From an uncultured Gammaproteobacteria bacterium (GTDB lineage Bacteria > Pseudomonadota > Gammaproteobacteria > Xanthomonadales > Xanthomonadaceae): a stretch of DNA of 64,000 bases. The position numbers and the translations under genes were made by a program. Each line of letters begins with the position of its first letter. Position 1 is the first letter of the stretch. Under the pieces are notes generated by a model. That model was not told where the DNA came from and did not search any database. It saw nothing but the letters and a program-made list of their open reading frames with translations. Shown piece after piece: positions 29,890-39,318 of the stretch. The DNA is taken from assembly GCA_963726305.1 (NCBI GenBank), contig CAVSCB010000013.1:32816-96815 (forward strand), in the 5' to 3' direction.

Positions 29890-31026
29890 TCAGCCATGCC
29901 GGGCAAGCCGCTCGAGCAACCAGCGGTCGAGTCCGGTCAGCAGTTCCTCGCGATTGGAATAGGGTCCGGGCTGATAACCGAAGGTCGAAATCCCTTCCTG
30001 GGCCCGATCCGACAACTCCCAATCCTGCTGGTTGGTCATCTCCCAGAAATCCACTGCCCCGCTCGGATCGAAGTCCGGCCTGGCGATTGCATCGGGATGG
30101 AAATGCCACTCGCAGACGACGTCGGTGCGATCCACGGCCATCGGCCACAACTGGAAAGTCATCATGTAGTCGGGGTCGAGGTTCAACAGGAAATTCGGCA
30201 GGATCGCGTAGTAGTAGACGCGCCGACTGTCCTCTGCCGAAATTCCCGGCAGGTTGGCGTGATTGCTCTGGCCGTCGGTGGTCATGGTCTTGACCCCGGG
30301 GCGCAGGTCCATGCTGCCGCCAAGGTAGGTCGGCTGCGGCGGCTCGTTGTCGCCGCTCATGTAATGCGAGAGCTTGTTGAGCTGCGGGTGCGCGATCGGA
30401 CAATGCATGCACTCGGAATAGTTTTGCAGGATCAGTTTCCAATTGGCCTTGAGGTTGTAGACCCGGCGCTCGACCAATTTGAGATCGGCCATTCCCCACG
30501 GCGCGAACTTCTGGTCGAGGCCGGCCAGATGCTCCGAAAACGGGATCGGCCGCTCCGCCATGTTGATGAAGATATGTCCGTCCCAGATCGCGGTGGCCAC
30601 CGCTCCCAGCGGATAGTCCTCCATGCGGAAGCCCTCGACCTTTTCCATGTTCGGCGCACCGGTCAAGCGGCCATCCAGTTCATAGGTCCAGGCGTGATAG
30701 GGACAGCGGAACTTGCCGGCCACCTTGCCGGACTGCTCCTTGCACAACTGCGTGCCGCGGTGTCGGCAGGTGTTGTGGAAAGCGGCGATCTCGCCGTTCT
30801 TGTCGCGCACCACGATTATGTTCACCCCGGCGAAGCGCACCAGGAAATAGCTGCCCGCTTCGGGCAGCTGTTCGGTGCGGCCTGCGCTGAGCCACATGTC
30901 ATGGTGCACGGCCCGCAATTCGCGCTGGAACATCTCAGGATCGGTGTAGTAGCCGGCGGGCAGGGTCATCGCCTCTGCCGTAGTCACTGCGGGCCGGTTA
31001 TTGGTATATCGGACGCTGGTCGACAT
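29890..31026 (-). CDS. Rieske non-heme iron oxygenase alpha subunit (betaine N-demethylase/choline monooxygenase-like)
   Basis: Rieske CRHRG...CPYHAW; mononuclear Fe NYSECMHCPIAHP; QQDWEL...GYQPGPYS. Confidence 0.9.
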   Translation of the reverse strand: MSTSVRYTNNRPAVTTAEAMTLPAGYYTDPEMFQRELRAVHHDMWLSAGRTEQLPEAGSYFLVRFAGVNIIVVRDKNGEIAAFHNTCRHRGTQLCKEQSGKVAGKFRCPYHAWTYELDGRLTGAPNMEKVEGFRMEDYPLGAVATAIWDGHIFINMAERPIPFSEHLAGLDQKFAPWGMADLKLVERRVYNLKANWKLILQNYSECMHCPIAHPQLNKLSHYMSGDNEPPQPTYLGGSMDLRPGVKTMTTDGQSNHANLPGISAEDSRRVYYYAILPNFLLNLDPDYMMTFQLWPMAVDRTDVVCEWHFHPDAIARPDFDPSGAVDFWEMTNQQDWELSDRAQEGISTFGYQPGPYSNREELLTGLDRWLLERLARHG

Positions 31027-31062
31027 CGGTTTCTCCGCTCGGGCGGTGAGGGTTGCGCCGGC

Positions 31063-31083
31063 TTATTGTCGGTTCGTTCAATA
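31063..31083 (-). promoter_or_regulatory. Putative TetR/BetI-type operator 2
   Basis: TATTGAACGAACCGACAATAA on the - strand (TATTG-N10-CAATA dyad), about 40 bp upstream of the Rieske start. Confidence 0.6.
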
Positions 31084-31107
31084 GTCTACTGCAATATTCC
31101 GCTCCGC

Positions 31108-32365
31108 CTACATCTCGTCGGTAGGTTCCATGCTGGCGGCATTGGGACTGGCCTGCGGCCAACGGTCGCAGTGCGCCAGGTACCAGCGCCACATGGCGTA
31201 GGCCACGGCCGTGAATGCGGCCGCCCCCAGCGCCAGGTGCATCGGGTGATCGCTCAGCATCGGCGAAAGCAGGCCGGCTATCAGCGCATTGGACAGCAGG
31301 CCGACGAAGGCCTGCATCGAGGAGGCCGTGCCGCGCATGGCCGGATACATGTCCAGGATCGCGATGGTCAGGATCGGGAACACCAGCGCGACGCCGAACG
31401 CGCTCAGCACGGTCGGCAGCGACCGCCCACGGCAGGACTCGGAACTCGGAACCGCGAAGTTGTAGCGAAATATTGAACAAGCGCCGACAGGCCGCAGAAC
31501 AGGAAACCGGTATTGGCCAGTTGCACGCCGGTGACCCTTCCGGCCGAGCGACCGCTCAGGAAGGCGCCGAGGATCATGCCGCCGATGGTCGGCGCGAAAA
31601 AATAGCCGAATTGCTGCTCGTTCAACTTGAGGATGTCCAGGACGAAGGCCGGCGCCGAGGCGATGTACAGGAACAGCGCGCCAAAATTGGCGGTGCCGGC
31701 CAGGGCCAGCAGCCGGAAACGGCCATTGCCGAGGATGCCGCGATAGGCGCCGGCCATTGCCCTGAAGTTCAAGGGTAGCCGGGCTTCCGGCGGATGGCTT
31801 TCCGGCAAGGCGATCGCCGTGGTCAGCCATCAGCAGCAAGCCAAAGGCCGACAGGAACCAGAAAATCGCCTGCCAGTTGCTCCAGCCGAGAATCCAGCCG
31901 CCAACGATCGGTGCGATAGCCGGGGCCACGCCGAAGATCATCGAGACATGGCTCATCAGCCGCTGGGCATCGTCGCCATCGAGCGCATCCCGCACCACGG
32001 CGCGGCCGACGATCAGGCCGACGCCGGCCGATAGTCCCTGCACCACCCTGAAGAAAAGCATCTGCGGCATGGTCGCCGATAGCGCGCAGCCCACCGAGGC
32101 CAGCGCGAAGACGGCGATGCCGGCGAGGATGACCGGCCGGCGACCGAGCGCATCCGACAGCGGCCCGTGCACCAGCGACATCGCCGGCATAGCCGAGCAG
32201 GTACATGCTGATGGTCTGCTGCATCGCGACCTTGCTGACCGCCAGATCGTGTTCCATCACCGCGAAGGCCGGAAAAACCGTATCGATCGAGAACGGGCCG
32301 AGCATGGCCAGGGCGCCCAGGATCAGGGCAAGCCGGCGTTTGGAGATGGATAGATGGGGGATCAT
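31108..32365 (-). CDS. Bcr/CflA family MFS efflux transporter, frameshifted
   Basis: GPFSIDTVFPAF, GPLSDALGRRPV, APAIAPIVGG, GTASSMQ. Confidence 0.88.
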
Positions 32366-32441
32366 CGAGGCGAAGTGATTAAATACCGTGCCAGCATAGC
32401 AGCTGGCTTGATTTGGCCTGGCACGGACCCATCACTGGACG

Positions 32442-34251
32442 ATGAATACCGACGTACCCGAATTGGCGCTGGGGCGCCCCCAGGGCGAACGCCCGACTGC
32501 GCAGGTTCTCAAGCGCCTGACGCCGTTCCTCAAGCCCTACCGCGGCAGGATCGCGATCGCGATGGCCTTCCTGCTGAGCGCCAAGGTGGCCGGGCTTGCC
32601 GTGCCCATGGTTCTCAAGCGCCTCATCGACACGCTGGGAATGACCGCCACGATCGCAGTCATTCCTGTCGCGCTGCTGCTGGCTTACGGCGCCGCACGCC
32701 TGTCCGAGCGCGTGTTCACCGAGATGCGCCAGATCGTGTTCGCCCGGGTGATGGCGCGCTCATCGCGCATGGTGATGCTGTCGGTGTTCCGCCACTTGCA
32801 CTCCTTGTCGCTGCGCTTCCACCTCAACCGCTCCACCGGGGGCGTAACCCGCGACGTCGAGCGCGGCGGCTCATCGATCTCCGACCTGCTGGACTGGACC
32901 CTGTACACGATCGTGCCGACGCTGATCGAGGTTACCCTGGTCACCTGCGTCCTGGTCTACCTCTACGACGTCTATTTCGCGCTGGTAACGCTGGCCGTGC
33001 TGGTCGCCTACATCGCCTGGACGATCAGCGTCACCGAGTGGCGCACCAAGTACTATCGCGCCTCGGTCGAGGCCAACACCGCCGCCAGCGCCAGCGCCGT
33101 CGATTCGCTGCTCAATTACGAAACGGTCAAGTATTTCAACAATGAACGGCACGAGGCGGAACGTTACGACATCAGCCTTCGCCAGATGGAAGAGGCCAAC
33201 ATCAAGAGCTACAAGACGCTGGCCGTGCTCAACGTCGGCCAGAGCGCGATCATCGCCATCGGCGTCACCGCGCTGATGTTCAAGGCCGCCGCCGGCGTCG
33301 TCTCCGGCAAGCTGAGCGTGGGCGACCTGGTGCTGGTCAACGCCTATCTTCTGCAGATGGCGATGCCACTCAATTACCTCGGCATGATGTATCGCGAGGT
33401 CAAGCAGGCGCTGACCAATATCGAACGCCTGTGGGGCTTGCTGGACGAGCAGCAGGAGGTGCGCGACGATCCCTCTGCGCCGACCGCTGGCAACCACGCA
33501 ACCACGGGTTTCGTTCGAGGCCGTGCGCTTCAGCTATGACGTGCGCAGGGAAATCCTGCATGGCATCGACTTCGAGATTCCACCCGGGCACCGGGTAGCC
33601 GTGGTCGGGCACTCGGGCAGTGGAAAGTCCACGCTTGCGCGACTGCTGTACCGCTTCTACGACGTCGACAGCGGATCGATCCGGATCGACGGCAGCGATC
33701 TGCGCGCCCTCACCCAGGATTCAGTACGGGCCGCCGTGGGCATCGTTCCGCAGGACACGGTGCTGTTCAACGACTCGATCCGCTACAACATCCGCTATGG
33801 CCGGCCCAGCGCCTCGGACGAGGAAGTGGAAGCCGCCGCGCAGGCCGCGCACATCCACCGCTTCATCGTTTCGCTCCCGGACGGCTACGACACTCCGGTC
33901 GGGGAGCGTGGGCTGAAACTGTCCGGCGGCGAAAAGCAGCGGGTCGCGATCGCGCGCGCCTTGCTGAAGAATCCGGCGATACTCATTTTCGACGAGGCGA
34001 CCTCGGCATTGGACTCCGCCAGCGAGAAAGCCATCCAGGCCGAACTGGACCGGATAGCGGTCGGCCGCACGACGCTGATCATCGCGCATCGGCTGTCGAC
34101 GGTGATGGACGCGGACCAGATCCTGGTGATGGACGCCGGCAATATCGTCGAACGCGGCAGCCATGCGCAGTTGATCGAGCGAAACGGCCACTATGCGGCC
34201 ATGTGGCGGCTGCAGCAGCAAAGCGCCGAAGCTCCTGCGCTTCAGGACTAG
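32442..34251 (+). CDS. Atm1-type ABCB exporter (TMD plus NBD), frameshift near 33480
   Basis: LSLRFHLNRSTGGVTRDVERG, DSLLNYETVKYF; GHSGSGKST, GERGLKLSGGEKQR, FDEATSALD. Confidence 0.9.
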
Positions 34252-34267
34252 CGAGCGGCCGCTCCCG

Positions 34268-35958
34268 TCAGGACATCAGCAGCACGATCACCGTGCCCCA
34301 GGCGGTCAGCACGATCTGCGCGACCGGATAGGCGCCCGAATAGCCGATGACGGCGATCGGACTCTTGGACTTTTCCTGCACCGCCGCCAGCGCCGCGGTG
34401 AAGGTCTGCGCGCCGGCCAGGCCGCCGAGCAGGAGCAGCGGGTTGATCTTCATTACCTTCAGGCCGAACCAGAGGCCGACCACCATCGGCACCATGGTCA
34501 CCACCGCGCCACCCAGCAGCAGGCTGACGCCGGCCTCGCGAACCGCCGAGACGAAATGGGGGCCGGCGCTGATGCCGGTCATGGCGACGAAACTGGCCAG
34601 GCCGAACGACTGCATGAACTTGATCGCCTGATCCGGGATTCGACCGAACAGCGGACGGGTCGAACGGATGTAGCCGGTAGTGATGCCGGCGAGCAGGACC
34701 CCGACGCTGGAGCCGACGGAAATAGACACGCCGCCGACCTTGAAGGCAAGCGCAGCTGCCGACCAGCGCTCCGATCAGAATGGCGAACCCAAGCGCCACG
34801 AAGTCGGTGACGTCGGTCGGTTGCACGACCTCACCCAACTGCTTCGCCGCCGCGACGACCACCGGCTCGGCGCCGACCAACGCCAGGGTATCGCCGCGCT
34901 CGACGACGGTCTGGGTGCCGATCGGGATGTCCACGCCGCGACGGGTGAGCTTGCGCAGGAACACGCCATGGACAATATCGTCCTGGGACAATTGCTCGAG
35001 GGTCCTGCCGGCGATTTTCCCGTTGGTCAGGAAGACGTCGTAGGTCACCAGCGGGATGGAAAGCAACTCGCGGTCGTCCACTTCCTCGGCGTGCTCGCCC
35101 AACAAGTCGACAAGCAGCTCCCTGCGTCCGGTAACTGCAACCACGTCCCCCGCTTGCAGGCGCAGATCCTCCCCGGCTTCAAGCAATGTGCCGCCGCGCC
35201 TGACGCGATGCAGGTACAGGCGGGCCTCGGGCAGGAAACGCGAGACCTGCGCCGGCGAGAGGCCGACCACTGCCCCGCCCTCCGGAATCCGATACGCTCG
35301 CGTCTCATGTGGCTGCCAGGCCGACTTGTAGCCATCCGCGCTACGCTGCATGCCGAATTTCGCCTCGAGCGCCAGGGCTTCCGCCGGCAGGTCGAGCTTG
35401 AGCAGGCGCGGCGCGAGTTCCGTACAGAAGATGATTACGCCAAGCGCGCCGAATACGTAGCAAAGCGCATCGGCGATACCGACATTGGCGATGTATTTCG
35501 CCTTCAGGTCTGCGTCGATGTCCAGCGCCGAAATCGCCTCGCTTGCAGTGCCCATCGCCGGTGATTGCGTCAGCGCGCCCGGACATCATGCCCGCCGAGA
35601 ATCCGGGGTCGAGCCGCAGGTAACTCGCGACCACCCACGCCACCAGCAATCCGATCACGGGCACGAAAACGCCCAGTACGGAGAATCGCCAGCCATCGCC
35701 CTTCAGCGCCGTGAAGAACCGCGGTCCGACTTCGTAACCGACGCCGAACAGGAACAGCAGGAACACCAGCGACTTGGCCGGAGCCGACACCGGCACCACG
35801 AACAGCCAGCCAACCAGGATGCCGGCGAGGAGCGAGCCGGTGACCCCACCAAAACTGAAGCCTGCGATGCGCAGGCTTCCGATCCAGTAGCCGATTCCCA
35901 GTGCGGCGAACACCGCCAGCTCCGGGTACTTCTGGAGCATTTCACCCAGCCAGAGCAT
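34268..35958 (-). CDS. aspT: AspT/YidE/YbjL (AAE family) antiporter with TrkA_C domains, copy 2, frameshifted
   Basis: GGVTGSLLAG, FLFGVGYEVGPRFF, RPLFGRIP, GLAGAQTFTAAL. Confidence 0.8.
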
Positions 35959-35982
35959 GGTTCCCCTCCCCTTGGGGCACGC

Positions 35983-37486
35983 TTACAGCGACGGTGGATC
36001 GTAATTGATAATCAGGCGAAAGTCCTGCAGGTCGGGGCCGCCGATATCCTGCGTCACGACGGCGTAGCGCAGGCGCACCGACAGACCCTTGAAGCTGCCT
36101 TCCCTGGCCGCCCATTGCAGGTTGAAATCGTATTCGTCCTGGGCCGACTGGCTCGGGTCGCTCTGGCTGCGAGCCGTTGACCCAGAGCCCATACATGCTC
36201 AGGCCCTTCACCGATTTGAAATCGTAGGCGGCGCGCAGCATTACGCGAATCTTCGCCGGCGCGGTTGAAATCCTGGACCTGCACGGAGTTGTAGCTGGGG
36301 ATGCCGCCCCAGGGCGATCGCAGCTCGGCGCCACTGCCGTTGCCATTCCACGCCAGCGAGAACAGGGCGCCTCCCGCGCCGTATTCGCCTTTCACGCCCC
36401 ACTGCCAAGTCGAGAAATCGCTGCCAGTCAGCAGATCATCCCCGGTGCTCTCCTGCGCCGAGTACTGCGCACCGAACTTGAGCTTGTGGCCGTTGGACAG
36501 CGGGAATGTCGTACTTGGCTTCGGTGTAGAAAATATTGATGATGTCGTCGCTGTAGTAGTCGACGGCACCGATCGAAAACTTGCCGCGCTGGAAGTTCAC
36601 GCCGCCAGCGGTCACGCCGCGATCCACATCGCTCGGGCGCGCCCGCAGCCTGCGACATCGGCACGAAAATCTCGGAGGTCTTGGTCTTGATGTTGCCGAC
36701 ATAGCCCAGGCCGAAGCGCCACTGGTCGCCTTGCTTGGCGTCGCCGATGACGCCCTGGAGCATCGCCAACTCGAAGCTGTTGGGAGTCATCCGGGTGTCG
36801 TTCTTGTTGATGTAGGGCGAATTGAACAACTTGCGGCCGACATCGAAAAATACCGTGTCGGTAAACCGGTACTCTGCGTAGGCTTCGCCAAGCACGCTGT
36901 AGCCTTGCTGCACGGACTGCAACAGTCCGGCGCCATCCTTGTCGTCAGGTCCGTAGAGCTTCTGCGATGTGTAGGCGGTTGCGCCGATGGCGAAGCGATC
37001 GCGGAACCAGCCGGTCTTGAAACCGGCATAGCCGCCGATCGCCCAACTGCTGAGCTCACTATTGTCGAACTTGTCGCGGTCCAGGAAATAGGTCCTGAGC
37101 TGCACATCGGCCTTGGTGTCCTCGAAGGCTTTCTTGCGTTGCTGGATGATCTTCTCGCGCCGGGTCAGCGGCTCGAAGCTCTCGTTCATTTCCACCTTGC
37201 CTTGCTCGACCGAAGACGGACCCTCGCTTTCCGCTTCTTCGACCACATCGGGCACCTCTGCTTTCGCGGGCGTCTGTGTCGGAGTGGTCGCTGGCGCGGG
37301 AGCGGCAGCGGTCGCCGCCGGCGGCGTCTGCTCCGGCGGCGGCGCCGACTGGGGCGTCGCCTGGGCAAGGGCATTGCCGCAAGCCAAGGCCAAAGCCGCC
37401 ACCATCAGGCGGCCGGCCCGTTTGCCGGGAAGCAGTTGCTTCCCCGTCAGGAGCGAGACCTGGTTGATCATCGAATAACTGTCCAT
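35983..37486 (-). CDS. OprD family outer-membrane porin, frameshifted
   Basis: Signal peptide (..ALAQA) and Pro/Ala/Thr linker; GFKTGWF, LGEAY, DTRMTPNSF, DFNRAGE; C-terminal FRLIINYD. Confidence 0.8.
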
Positions 37487-37515
37487 GCCACGCTCCTTTC
37501 GGGTGGGTGATTGCC

Positions 37516-39196
37516 TCAGTAAATCAGCACGATCACCAAGCCCCACAGTGTCAGCAGGGTATTGCTGACCGCGTACGGGACCGTGTAGCCGAGCATCGGG
37601 ACATTGCTCTTGGCGACATCGCCGACCATAGCCACCGACGCCGTGCTGGTTCGACCGCCACCGCAAGCACCCAGGTTGATCGCCGGATGGAACTTGAAGA
37701 TGTACTTGCCGATGAACGGCGCCAGCAGCATCGGCACCGAAGTCGCGAACACGCCCCACATCAACAGCGACACGCCATTGGCCCTGAGGCCGTCGATGAA
37801 GCCCGGACCCGCGCTGATGCCGACGATGGCGATGAAGACGTTGAGGCCGACCGAGTTCATGAACCACTGCGTTGGTTCCGGCAGGCGGCCGAAGGTCGGG
37901 CGCACGCTACGCGCCCAGCCGAGGATCAGGCCGCCGAACAACACGCCGCCGGAAACCGACAGCGTAATCGGCACACCGCCGGCCTTGACCGTGATGGCGC
38001 CCAGCAGGCCGAATACGAAGATGAAGATGCCAACCCAGATCATGTCGGTTGCCGCGGATGCGCGATCAGCGTAGCCAAGTGCCTTCTCGACGCGCTGAAC
38101 ATGCGTCTTGCGGCCGGAAATCTTCAGGATGTCGCCTCGATTGAGCTTGGTCTGCGCCATGATCGGAATGTCGGTACTGGTCGCACCCCGGGTGATCTTG
38201 CGCAGGAACACGCCGCGCGCGAAATCCGAGTTGCCGATTTCGATCAGGGTCTTGCCATTGGCATCCTTGCTGGTAATCACCAGATCGACCGATTCGACCG
38301 GAATGTCAAGCAGTTCCGAGTCCGCCACTTCGTCGGCCGTGGCGCTCAGCGCGACCAGCGCTTCGGTCTTGCCGGAAATCACGCCGATGTCGCCGGCCTT
38401 GAACACGGTGTTGGCATCGAAGTCGATGATCTGGCCGTCACGGCGCAGCCGTTCAACGAACATCCGCGAGTCCTTGACCAGCGCTTCGAGTTCGCCGACG
38501 GTCTTGCCCACTGCCTGGCCATTTTCCTTGACCCTGTAGGCGCGCATCTGCAGTTGCTGCCATGCGCTGTTCATGCCACCGGCGGGCGTGCCCTTGGACA
38601 TCTCCGCTTCGTATTCCTTGCACACCTTTTCGAGGTCGACATTGAGCAGCTTGGGACCGAGCACCGACAGGATGATGCCGGTGCCGACGGTGCCCCACAT
38701 GTAGCTGATGGCGTAAGCCACGGGTATCTGGTTGAGCAGCGCCTCCGGCATTCTCGACCCCGCTGTTGTTGATTGCGGTGGTGGCGAGGCCTATCGACGC
38801 CGAGATGGTCTGCGAACCGGCCAGCAGACCGGCCGCCAGGCCGACGTCATAGCCGGCTATCTTCGCGGCGATATACACCGACGCCAGGCACAGCAGCGAG
38901 ACGACCACGCCGAAGATGGCCTGCGGCAGGCCGTCCTTGGCGACGCCCTGCACGAACTGCGGGCCGACGCTGTAGCCGACCGCAAACAGGAACATGGTGA
39001 AGAACATGGTCTTCACCTGCGGCGAGATGTCGAAGCCGAGCTGGCCGATGAGCACACCGGCAAGCAAGGTGCCTGTGACGGAGCCAAGCGCGAACTTGCC
39101 GATCTTGAAGCCGCCCATCCAGTAACCGGCGGCGAGGGTGATGAAGATCACCAGATGGGTGTTGGCTTTGAGTGTTTCGATGATCCAGTCGATCAT
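37516..39196 (-). CDS. aspT: AspT (AAE family) antiporter with TrkA_C domains, copy 1, frameshift near 38755
   Basis: [60 protein letters not shown]. Confidence 0.85.
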
Positions 39197-39267
39197 GGCT
39201 TATTCCCCTTAATTGATTTCTATCAGGAATTCCTGTCCCAGCATTCACATGCACTGGGTCTTGGCCT

Positions 39268-39308
39268 GCGAGTCCGGCGGGGTTCGTACGGCTCCCCGCC
39301 GGTTTCGC
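39268..39308. promoter_or_regulatory. Intergenic hairpin between the decarboxylase and the first antiporter
   Basis: CCGGCGGGG (39274-39282) pairs with CCCCGCCGG (39294-39302), extended by GCGA/TCGC; no U-tract. Confidence 0.4.
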
Positions 39309-39318
39309 GCGGAACGGC

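Noticed and set aside
37255-37360. Pro/Ala/Thr-rich low-complexity stretch in the porin N-terminus, and the basic C-terminal tail of S2
   Set aside because: Probably ordinary disordered linkers or tails, with no repeat unit or other evidence of a separate function.
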